Of a stretch of DNA of 32,984 bases, positions 1 through 8,109 are shown one piece after another (position 1 is the stretch's first letter; every line of letters starts with the position of its first letter). The notes below the pieces were generated by a model that had not been told where the DNA came from, made no database searches, and saw nothing but the letters and a program-made list of their open reading frames with translations. This DNA comes from Pedosphaera sp. (lineage in GTDB: Bacteria; Verrucomicrobiota; Verrucomicrobiia; Limisphaerales; SIBH01): assembly GCA_031414955.1 (NCBI GenBank), contig JANOQV010000094.1, forward strand, positions 1 through 32,984, read 5' to 3'. Position numbers and translations under genes: made by a program.

Positions 1-2
1 GT

Positions 3-2921
3 CTCGACACCTATCACCACACGCTCTTCGAAATGCTGGGCAACTGGTCCTTCGGCGATTACTTCAAGAAGGAAGCCATCTCCTGGGCCTGGGAACTCAT
101 CATCGAAGTCTGGAAATTTCCCCCGTCGCGCCTCTACGTCACGATTTATCAACCCGACAAATCCAAGAACGATCCCGCCGACCGCGATCAGGAAGCGTGG
201 GATTTGTGGGCCGCGAAATTCCGCTCCGTCGGCCTCGACCCCGACATCCACATCGTCAACGGCAACAAGAAGGATAATTTCTGGATGATGGGCGAGACCG
301 GCCCGTGCGGACCCTGCACCGAGATGCACGTCGATCTCCGCCCCGGCCCCGTCGCCACCGACCTCGACGCGCAAATCTCCGGCGCGCTCCTCGTCAACGG
401 CTCCGACGCCCGCTGCATCGAGATTTGGAACAACGTCTTCATCCAATACAACGCCAACCCCGACGGCACCTTCACCCCCCTGCCCGCCCAGCACGTCGAT
501 ACCGGCATGGGTTTCGAGCGCGTCACCAGCATCATCCAAGGCACGAAGAACCTGACCGACTTCCAGAACGCGAAAATCTCCAACTACGAGACCGACATCT
601 TCCGCCCGATCTTTGATGCCATCGAGAAGCTGAGTCAGAAGAAGTATTCCTCAACCTTGCCTGAATTCGGTTTGGCGTTTCTTCCAGAACCAGTGGGGAC
701 AGACATCGCGTTCCGTGTCATTGCTGACCATCTACGAACGCTAAGTTTTGCAATCGCCGATGGGATCGAACCTGGGAACAACGACCGAAATTACGTGCTC
801 CGGCGAATCCTGCGCCGCGCCGTCAGTTATGGCCGCAATTTGAATCTCAAAGAATCGTTTCTCCACAAACTGGTTCCTGTGCTCTGCGACACAATGGGAG
901 ATACTTTTCCAAATCTTCGCGAAAGGCGGCACCACATCGAACAAGTCCTGCGTCGGGAAGAAGACGCATTCAATGTCACGTTGGATCGAGGCCTTGAACT
1001 GTTCAATCTCGTCGCAATGGGCAACTACTACGCTCGCTCGGTCTTCACTTCATTTTTCCCGAACGACAACAATCGGGCGATGAACTTGTCGGAGGTTGCG
1101 TTCAATCGCAAAGCCTCAAGGTATTTCGATGAATTAGTGCTCTCGATGTTGTCGAGTTTGACAACTCTCTCGGCGACGGATTTGGAAACGCTTCGCACTG
1201 AACCTGGCCGATTGGAACAAGCACTCATCAATGTTCGCGAGAAGCCTGAATTGAAGGAAAAGGCGATCACTTTTTTGAATGTGTTCCCGTCTGAAAAGGC
1301 ATTTGACCTTTACCACACGTACGGCTTTCCCATCGACCTAACAGAACTGAAGGCCAAGGAACGGCAACTCACCCTGAACACTGTAGAGGTGGAAAAATTG
1401 ATGGAAATTGAGCGTGAGCGTTCACGCGCCGCCCAAAAAAAAGAAGTCATTGAACTTTCTCAAATAGAGACAGTCACACCAACGAAGTTCGTCGGCTTCG
1501 ACACCCTTTCCATCAAAGCCACAGTTCTCGAAGTCGTTGCCCTGAAGGGCAACACACGGCAGCGCAAGTTGGATTCGCTGAATCAAATGATCGACGTTGC
1601 CTTGGACAAGGTGCTCGATAAGAAAAGTGTGCCATCGCCTTCAAAACCTCAGCAGGAGGTTGTTGTCGTCCTCGACACGAGCACCGCGTACGCTGAGATG
1701 GGCGGCCAAGTGGGCGACACAGGCGAGTTAAGACATGGCGACCAGTCGTGGCATGTCACCAACACGCAAAAGGCAGGCAATACTTGGCTGCATTTCATTA
1801 AAGCTGGGCCAATCCCACCAGCAGTTAAAGTGCTGACGACGAATTTAGGAGAAGAATTTGTTGCAACGCACATGGCAAGACTAGGGCTTGATGAGTCCAT
1901 CGTTCTGCCCATCGTTGGATCGGAAGTTACCCTCACCGTGGATCCCGCGCGCCGGAACGCCATCCAGCGCCACCACACCGTCACGCACTTGCTGCACTGG
2001 GCGTTGCACGAAGTGGCCAGCCAGGAGGCTTCGCAGAAAGGCTCCTTCGTCGGCCCCGACAAGTTGACCTTCGACTTCAACAGCGCGCCGCTCACCCCCG
2101 CGCAAGTCGCCGACATCGAGAAACTCGTCAACGAACGCATCCTCGAAAACGCCCCCGTGAGCTGGACCGAAGTCCCCCACGCCGACGTGAAGAACCGCAA
2201 GGACGTGATGCAATTCTTCGGCGACAAATACGGCGACGTGGTGCGCGTGGTGCAAATCGGCGGCAGCGCGCAGAAGCTGGACGGTTATTCCATGGAGCTT
2301 TGCGGCGGCACGCACACGCGCGCCACCGGCGAGATCGGTCTCTTCCGCATCGTGGGCGAAAACGCCATCGCCGCCGGCGTGCGCCGCATCGAAGCGGTCG
2401 CGGGCTTGGAGGCTTACGCGCTGGCGAACAGCCAGCTTCAACTCATCCGCAACGTCGCCGGGAAGATCAATTCACCCGTGCATGAGCTGGAGAAGAAAAT
2501 TGAATCGCTCCTCGCGCAGCAGAAGGAATTGGAAAAGCAAGTGCGCGTGGCCATGCAGCGCAACGCCTCGAACGCCGCGAGTGAATTGCTGGAGCGCGTG
2601 CAGACCGTGAACGGCATCCCGCTCATCACCCACAACCTCGGCGATGCCGAAGCCGACTTGATCCAGTCCATCGTCGATGCACTCAAAGGCCGCTTCCAAG
2701 GCGTGGTCGTGCTCGGCGGCGGCACCGACGACAAGGTCACGCTCATCGCAAGCGTGTCGGCGGAGTTCACCGCGAAAGTTCATGCCGGGAAAATCATCCA
2801 GCAGATCGCGCCCATCGTCGGCGGCAAAGGCGGCGGCAAACCCGACCACGCCCGCGGCGGCGGCAAGGATGCGGCGAAGGTGGATGAGGCGCTGGCCAAG
2901 GCGAAGACGTTGCTCGGCTAA
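3..2921 (+). CDS. alaS: Alanine--tRNA ligase, 5'-truncated by the window edge, with internal insertions
   Basis: Frame open from position 3 (LDTYHHTLFEMLGNWSFGDYFK). Motifs DNFWMMGETGPCGPC, EIWNNVF, VDTGMGFER, IADHLR, YVLRRILRRA, editing domain HHTVTHLLH...ELCGGTH, C-terminal DHHA1 GGKGGGK. Confidence 0.98.
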   Translation, partial: LDTYHHTLFEMLGNWSFGDYFKKEAISWAWELIIEVWKFPPSRLYVTIYQPDKSKNDPADRDQEAWDLWAAKFRSVGLDPDIHIVNGNKKDNFWMMGETGPCGPCTEMHVDLRPGPVATDLDAQISGALLVNGSDARCIEIWNNVFIQYNANPDGTFTPLPAQHVDTGMGFERVTSIIQGTKNLTDFQNAKISNYETDIFRPIFDAIEKLSQKKYSSTLPEFGLAFLPEPVGTDIAFRVIADHLRTLSFAIADGIEPGNNDRNYVLRRILRRAVSYGRNLNLKESFLHKLVPVLCDTMGDTFPNLRERRHHIEQVLRREEDAFNVTLDRGLELFNLVAMGNYYARSVFTSFFPNDNNRAMNLSEVAFNRKASRYFDELVLSMLSSLTTLSATDLETLRTEPGRLEQALINVREKPELKEKAITFLNVFPSEKAFDLYHTYGFPIDLTELKAKERQLTLNTVEVEKLMEIERERSRAAQKKEVIELSQIETVTPTKFVGFDTLSIKATVLEVVALKGNTRQRKLDSLNQMIDVALDKVLDKKSVPSPSKPQQEVVVVLDTSTAYAEMGGQVGDTGELRHGDQSWHVTNTQKAGNTWLHFIKAGPIPPAVKVLTTNLGEEFVATHMARLGLDESIVLPIVGSEVTLTVDPARRNAIQRHHTVTHLLHWALHEVASQEASQKGSFVGPDKLTFDFNSAPLTPAQVADIEKLVNERILENAPVSWTEVPHADVKNRKDVMQFFGDKYGDVVRVVQIGGSAQKLDGYSMELCGGTHTRATGEIGLFRIVGENAIAAGVRRIEAVAGLEAYALANSQLQLIRNVAGKINSPVHELEKKIESLLAQQKELEKQVRVAMQRNASNAASELLERVQTVNGIPLITHNLGDAEADLIQSIVDALKGRFQGVVVLGGGTDDKVTLIASVSAEFTAKVHAGKIIQQIAPIVGGKGGGKPDHARGGGKDAAKVDEALAKAKTLLG

Positions 2922-3033
2922 CGGCGCGCGGGCTTTCCAGCCCGCAGCAACATCCGCAAGCGCGAGGGCGTGGAAACTTGCGAGCACCGCTCTCCATTTC
3001 ACGTTGCTGCGGGCTGGAAAGCCCGCGCGCCGT
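2921..3033. repeat. REPIN copy 1 (inverted REP doublet)
   Basis: Perfect 31-bp inverted repeat: ACGGCGCGCGGGCTTTCCAGCCCGCAGCAAC (2921-2951) and GTTGCTGCGGGCTGGAAAGCCCGCGCGCCGT (3003-3033). Each arm has an internal hairpin GCGGGCT-TTCC-AGCCCGC. Confidence 0.93.
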
Positions 3034-3081
3034 GCGAATTTCAGGCTTCTCAAAAGCCCCGGCGCTTTTCACATTGCATCC

Positions 3082-3782
3082 ATGCCCACGCCGCCGCGCC
3101 GCCCCAGCCCGCCGCACAATCCCGGCCTGCGCGATCTCGTCGAGGGCGAACGCGACTGGGACGCCCGGGCCTCGGTGGAAAAGCAGCGCGAAGGTTTTCG
3201 TGGCTGGCACGAGCGCGGTTATTTGCCGCACCGCGACGCGCCAGGTCTCACCCAGTTCATCACCTATCATCTGGCCGATGCCGTCCCCGCCACGCTCCGC
3301 AGCGAATGGAGCGCGCTGCTCGAAGTGGAGGACGACCGCGAGCGGCGCAAACAATTGGAAGCGTATCTGGATCGTGGTCGAGGCGAGTGCTGGCTGCGCC
3401 GCCGGACATTGCCGCGCTTTGCGAGAATGCCTTCCGCCATTTCGACGGCGAGCGTTACCAGCTCAAAGCCTGGTGCCTGATGCCGAACCATGTGCATGTG
3501 CTCATCAAAGTGACGGCCGTGCCCATGTCCGAGTGTGTGCAAAGCTGGAAGGGTTACACCGGGCGGCGCGGCAACGAGTTGCTCCAGCGCGCCGGCCAGG
3601 AATTCTGGGCCCACGATTACTGGGACACCTTCATGCGCGACGAAACGCACGAGCGGCAAACGGTCCGCTACATCGAGAACAATCCGGCCAAGGCGGGTCT
3701 CGTGCTGAATCCGAAGGAGTGGCCGTGGAGCAGCGCACGATTTCGGGATGATCTCGGTGTGCTGAAGATGCCGCCACCCTGA
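3082..3782 (+). mobile_element. REP-associated tyrosine transposase (RAYT, IS200/IS605 Y1 superfamily), split by a 1-nt frameshift at ~3402
   Basis: Frame 1 from ATG 3082 has RGYLPH...FITYHLADAVP...YLDRGRGECWLRR. The other frame continues PDIAALCENAFRHFDGERY...MPNHVHVL (HUH motif)...SWKGYT...FWAHDYWD...YIENNP (catalytic Tyr)...WPWSS. Adding one C at CGC-CGC-CG-GAC joins them into about 233 aa. Confidence 0.9.
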
Positions 3783-3783
3783 T

Positions 3784-3893
3784 CGGCGCGCGGGCTTTCC
3801 AACCCGCAGCAACATCCGCAAGCGCGAGGGCGTGGAAACTTGCGAGTACCGCTCTCCGTTTCACATTGCTGCGGGCTGGAAAGCCCGCGCTCC
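3784..3893. repeat. REPIN copy 2, direct repeat of copy 1
   Basis: Matches 2922-3031 over 110 bp with 5 substitutions by my alignment, spacer included. Lies between the RAYT stop and the stop of the convergent gene. Confidence 0.93.
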
Positions 3894-3894
3894 T

Positions 3895-4377
3895 TCACTG
3901 CCCCTGTCGCTGCGCGATGATGAGGTCACGGATGCCCTGCGGATTCGGCACACCTTCCACACGCTCGGTTCCATCCGCCGAGGCTGCCGTGGAGATGGTG
4001 ATGTCGCCGGTGCCCGTCATGCGCCCGAGCAACGACTGGTCGATGTCGATGGCGCGAATGTCGCGCATGAAAAACTCGCGTTCACACTTGTTGAGCAGGC
4101 CGCGTTTGAGGGTGACGCGCCCGCGATAGATGCGCAGGACTACCGAGCTGCGCTTCACCCAAGCGACGATGAACGGGATGATGAGCCACGCGAAACAGAG
4201 CCACCAGAAGTAACCCCACCAGGAAGGACGCACCTCGGCCAGCAACTCGTTGCTGGCCTTCGCGGCTGCGTTGGCGACGGCGGGCTGGTTGTCCGCCACC
4301 GGAAATCCGCAGGCCGGACAGGACTTCGCCACCGTGGAAACCTCCCGGCCGCATTCAGGACAAGCAATGAGCGCCAT
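3895..4377 (-). CDS. Zinc-ribbon plus bacterial PH-domain (bPH_2-like) membrane protein
   Basis: ATG 4377 gives MALIACPECGREVSTVAKSCPACG (CxxC..CxxC), a hydrophobic segment, then RVTLKRGLL...QSLLGRMTGTGDITI. The longer ORF start (4530) runs through a REPIN. Confidence 0.82.
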   Translation of the reverse strand: MALIACPECGREVSTVAKSCPACGFPVADNQPAVANAAAKASNELLAEVRPSWWGYFWWLCFAWLIIPFIVAWVKRSSVVLRIYRGRVTLKRGLLNKCEREFFMRDIRAIDIDQSLLGRMTGTGDITISTAASADGTERVEGVPNPQGIRDLIIAQRQGQ

Positions 4378-4460
4378 GCGAAGAGCGGGAACCATCCAGG
4401 GCGGATTGGCAATCGAAATTTTTGAGCGGCACCATGCTGGGGTGGAACTTTCGGGCGGCG

Positions 4461-4570
4461 CCGGCGCGCGGGTTTCCAACCCGCAGCAACGTGGAACCGA
4501 GAGCAGTGTGGGCACGATCTTGGATCCCAAGCTTGCGGCAGTAACTGCGGGCTGAAAGCCCGCGCACCGG
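4461..4570. repeat. REPIN copy 3 (diverged, opposite orientation to copies 1 and 2)
   Basis: Arms CCGGCGCGCGGGTTTCCAACCCGCAG and CTGCGGGCTGAAAGCCCGCGCACCGG. Spacer CAACGTGGAACCGAGAGCAGTG...GCTTGCGG aligns to the reverse complement of the copy 1 spacer. Confidence 0.88.
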
Positions 4571-4594
4571 AAAGGAGGCTGACGCTCACTGCGC

Positions 4595-5749
4595 TCACCG
4601 ATCCTGGGTCGCCGCCGCGTGCAGTTGGCGGGCGAGCAGGACTTTTCCCGAGGGACGATAGTTGGCGATGAACTCGCGGCGGAATTCGCTGAAGGTGCCG
4701 CCGGCCAGATGCGAGCGGATGTCCGTCATCACTTTTAGATACATGTGAGAGTTATGCACGCTGACCATGCGCAGGCCGAGGATCTCATTCACGTTGAGCA
4801 GGTGGCGCAGGTAGGCACGCGTGAAATGACGGCAGGCAAAGCACTCGCAGCCTTCCTCGATGGGCGCGAAGTCGGCCTTATACGCGCCGCCCTTGATGCT
4901 GATGGTGCCTTTGGTGGTGAAGGCCGTGCCATTGCGGGCCACGCGAGTCGGGAGAACGCAGTCGAACATGTCCACGCCGCGCGCGACCAACTCGACCAAC
5001 TGCGCCGGGGTGCCGAGACCCATCGCGTAGCGGGCCTTGTTCTCCGGCAGATGCGGCTCGGCCATTTCCACGGCGGCGAACATCTCCGGCTCCGGCTCGC
5101 CCACGCTCACACCGCCGATGGCGTAGCCGTCGTAATCCATCGCGACCAGTTCTTTCGCGCACTGCTCGCGCAGCTTCGCGATGTTCGCGCCCTGCACGAT
5201 GCCGAAGACGAACTGCCCTTCCGCGCGCGGCTGCTCGCGGCACTCCTTGGCCCAGCGCAAGGTGCGCTCGACCGCCGCCTTCACGTCATTTGCGGACGCA
5301 CCGTGCGGCGGGCAATCATCGAAGACCATCGCGATGTCAGAGCCAAGCACGCGCTGGATGTGCATCGATTCCTTGGGGCCGAGGAAGAGCAGCGAACCAT
5401 CGAGGTGCGACCGGAACTCCACGCCGTGGGGCTTGATCTTGCGAATCTTGGCCAGGCTGAAGACCTGGAAGCCGCCGCTGTCGGTCAGGATCGGCCTGGT
5501 CCAGTTCATGAAATTGTGCAGCCCACCCGCCGCCGTGATGATCTCCATCCCTGGACGGATGGAGAGGTGGTAAGTGTTGCCGAGGATAATTTGTGTCCCC
5601 ATCTCCAGCAGCTCGCGCGGGTCGAGCGCCTTCACGCTGGCCTGGGTGCCCACCGGCATGAACACCGGCGTGTCGATCACGCCCCGCCGGGTGGTCAACC
5701 GGCCGAGCCGGGCTTTGGAGCGCGCGTCCGTCTTCAACAATTCAAACAC
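4595..5749 (-). CDS. tgt: Queuine tRNA-ribosyltransferase (tRNA-guanine transglycosylase)
   Basis: TPVFMPVGT, LGNTYHL, ILTDSGGFQVFSL, FGIVQG, GVDMFDCVLPTR and zinc site CECFAC...H. Confidence 0.97.
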   Translation of the reverse strand: MFELLKTDARSKARLGRLTTRRGVIDTPVFMPVGTQASVKALDPRELLEMGTQIILGNTYHLSIRPGMEIITAAGGLHNFMNWTRPILTDSGGFQVFSLAKIRKIKPHGVEFRSHLDGSLLFLGPKESMHIQRVLGSDIAMVFDDCPPHGASANDVKAAVERTLRWAKECREQPRAEGQFVFGIVQGANIAKLREQCAKELVAMDYDGYAIGGVSVGEPEPEMFAAVEMAEPHLPENKARYAMGLGTPAQLVELVARGVDMFDCVLPTRVARNGTAFTTKGTISIKGGAYKADFAPIEEGCECFACRHFTRAYLRHLLNVNEILGLRMVSVHNSHMYLKVMTDIRSHLAGGTFSEFRREFIANYRPSGKVLLARQLHAAATQDR

Positions 5750-5799
5750 GGGGCGGATTCAAACAGCGGTGCAGCAGGAGCGAAAGGATGGAAAGCGGC

Positions 5800-5913
5800 G
5801 GCGGAGCGCGGGCTTTCCAGGCCGCGGCCATGTGAAATGAAGAGCAGCGTCCGCAAGTTCCCACGTCCTCAACCTGGGGACATTGCTGCGGGTTGGAAAA
5901 CCCGCGCTCCGCC
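5800..5913. repeat. REPIN copy 4 (diverged, opposite orientation to copies 1 and 2)
   Basis: Arms GGCGGAGCGCGGGCTTTCCAGGCCGC and GCGGGTTGGAAAACCCGCGCTCCGCC. Spacer ATGTGAAATGAAGAGC...CGCAAGTTCCCACGTCCTC is homologous to the reverse complement of the copy 1/2 spacer. Confidence 0.88.
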
Positions 5914-5979
5914 ACTCACCGATTCACAATGTGACACTTCAGTCCCGAACCAAGACAGCCGCTGAAGGAGGCAGACCCA

Positions 5980-8031
5980 ATGTCACAAGGTTTGACATCA
6001 CTTCGTCCGCCACCCGCTGCGGCCACGGCCAAGTCCGGCAACGGGCCGTCGGCGTCATTTCAAATGGCGCTGCTCAATCGCGCGCACCAGCAGGCCGCCG
6101 TAGCCGCGCTCGGCCAGGCGGCTTTAACAGGCGTGGATCTGCTGACGCTGCTCGAGCAAGCGGCGGTCTTCGTCTCCCAGACCCTCGGCCTGGATTTTGT
6201 CGGCATCTACGAACGAGCCGAGGACGGCACCAGGATGAAGCTGGTCGCGGGTTTTGGCTGGAACAGCGGCGTGGTGGGTGAAACCACCGTTGAAACAGAC
6301 GCTGGTTCCATGGCCGCTTACGTCCTGGGATCGAGCGAGCCCGTCATCGTTCGAGACATGCGCGCCATCACGGCTTTTGCGGTGCCAGAATTCATGCGCG
6401 CTCACGGCGTGGTCAGCAGCATCAGCCTGGTCATCCCCGGCGGGCCAGGACCGTGGGGCGTGCTCGAAGTGCAATGCCGGCGCAGCCGCGTCTTCGACGA
6501 GGATGATTTCCACTTCCTCCACTCCGTCGCGAACGTGATTTCCACGGCGGACGCGCGCAAACGCGCCGAGGCGGAAAACCAGCACCTCGCCGCCTTCGTG
6601 GAGCACAACCCTAATCCGGTCATCGAACTGGATGAAGACGGACGGGTGGCCTACTGCAATGATGCGGCCCGCATCATGTCGGGGGCTTTGCGCAAGTATC
6701 ATCCCGGGGAATTACTACCGGCCAGCGTGGGCAACATCGTCCACACCTGCCTGAGCAGCGACGAAAGGATTCTGAACGAGCAGGCGGAGATTGACGGGCG
6801 CACGCTGTCGTGGTCGTTTTTTCCGAGCGCGGGCCGCCGCCGCGTCCATGGCTACGCGGTCGATGTCACGGAGCGCCTGAATCTGGAAGCCCAGCTCCGT
6901 CAGTCGCAGAAGATGGAGGCCATCGGCCAGCTCGCGGCGGGCGTGGCGCACGATTTCAACAACATCCTTACCATCATGCAGGGTCTGGTGCACCGGCTGG
7001 GGCTGACGGCGGCACAGGATCAAAACGAAATGCTCGGCCAACTGCTCGAGACCACGGAGCGCGCAGCCAGTTTAACGCGGCAGTTGCTCACCTTCAGCCG
7101 GCGTCAAGTGCTGCAACGGAAGGTGCTGCGGCTTTCGGATGTGGTGAGCAACATGAGCCGCATGTTGCAGCGTATCATTGGCGAGGACATCGCGCTCCTG
7201 GTGGATCACTCTGGCAATGTTCCAGCCATCGAGGCGGACGCGGCCATGATGGAGCAGATCGTCATGAACCTGGCGGTGAACGCGCGTGATGCCATGCCAC
7301 GCGGTGGCCAGTTGACGATCACCACCGATCTGGTGGAAGTGGAGCAGGAAGATTCACGGGAAAGTTGGGTGCGCCTGCGGGTCTGCGATACTGGCTGCGG
7401 CATGCCGGTGGCGGTGAAAGCGCGCATTTTCGAGCCGTTTTATACGACCAAGGAGGTGGGCAAGGGGACAGGACTGGGCCTGGCCACGGTGTTTGGCATC
7501 GTGCAACAACACGCCGGATTCATCGACGTGGACAGCGCGGAAGGCCAGGGCACCGTGTTCACAATTCTCTTCCCGCCGACCGCGAAGCCAGCGGAGAGCA
7601 AGCCCGCGTTGCGCAACGAGCAGGCACTAAGACGCGGCCGTGGCCAGACCATCCTGCTCGTGGAGGATGAGCCGATTCTGCGCGAACTGGCCCACGCCAT
7701 TCTTAAAGACGCGGGCTATAATGTGCTGGACGCCGAGGCGAGCCATGCAGCCTTCGAGGTCTGGAGCGAGCACGCCCAGAAAATTGATTTGCTCCTGACT
7801 GACATGGTTTTGCCAGGCGGCATGAGCGGCCGTGAATTGGCCTTGGAACTCCAACAACGCAAGCCCGGGCTCAAGGTGATTTATTGCACGGGCTACAGCC
7901 AGGAAATGCTGGAGTCGCAGGACGAGCCGATTCATTTCCTTCAGAAACCCTATCCGCCCGAGACCTTGATGCGGGCGGTGCATTCCTGCCTGGATGAGGC
8001 CGGGGACACTGCGGAGGTCGCCCTGGCATAA
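5980..8031 (+). CDS. Hybrid sensor histidine kinase (GAF-PAS-HisKA-HATPase-REC, CckA-like)
   Basis: GAF-like N-terminus, PAS (FVEHNPNPVIE), H-box LAAGVAHDFNNIL, N-box NLAVNARDAM, DTGCG, FEPFYTTKEVGKGTGLGL, receiver ILLVEDE...DLLLTD...KPY. No transmembrane segment evident. Confidence 0.93.
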   Translation: MSQGLTSLRPPPAAATAKSGNGPSASFQMALLNRAHQQAAVAALGQAALTGVDLLTLLEQAAVFVSQTLGLDFVGIYERAEDGTRMKLVAGFGWNSGVVGETTVETDAGSMAAYVLGSSEPVIVRDMRAITAFAVPEFMRAHGVVSSISLVIPGGPGPWGVLEVQCRRSRVFDEDDFHFLHSVANVISTADARKRAEAENQHLAAFVEHNPNPVIELDEDGRVAYCNDAARIMSGALRKYHPGELLPASVGNIVHTCLSSDERILNEQAEIDGRTLSWSFFPSAGRRRVHGYAVDVTERLNLEAQLRQSQKMEAIGQLAAGVAHDFNNILTIMQGLVHRLGLTAAQDQNEMLGQLLETTERAASLTRQLLTFSRRQVLQRKVLRLSDVVSNMSRMLQRIIGEDIALLVDHSGNVPAIEADAAMMEQIVMNLAVNARDAMPRGGQLTITTDLVEVEQEDSRESWVRLRVCDTGCGMPVAVKARIFEPFYTTKEVGKGTGLGLATVFGIVQQHAGFIDVDSAEGQGTVFTILFPPTAKPAESKPALRNEQALRRGRGQTILLVEDEPILRELAHAILKDAGYNVLDAEASHAAFEVWSEHAQKIDLLLTDMVLPGGMSGRELALELQQRKPGLKVIYCTGYSQEMLESQDEPIHFLQKPYPPETLMRAVHSCLDEAGDTAEVALA

Positions 8032-8109
8032 GCGGCGGGAACGGGGAAGCCGACGCTCCAACTCTCTCAGGATGGATCGACTCGTGTTCGCTTGCGCCGC
8101 AACCCCGCC

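Noticed and set aside
1005..1280. Intein or intron in alaS
   Set aside because: No Cys/Ser start, no His-Asn end, no endonuclease motif, and the frame is continuous.
4378..4530. N-terminal extension of the 211-aa ORF
   Set aside because: It translates REPIN copy 3; the zinc-ribbon Met at 4377 is the natural start.
2921..5913. CRISPR array from the recurring GCGGGCTTTCCAGCCCGC repeats
   Set aside because: Repeats form inverted pairs in separate intergenic gaps with homologous spacers; no cas genes.
4745..5965. 406-aa plus-strand ORF
   Set aside because: Antisense shadow of tgt, expected with high-GC codon bias; no motifs.
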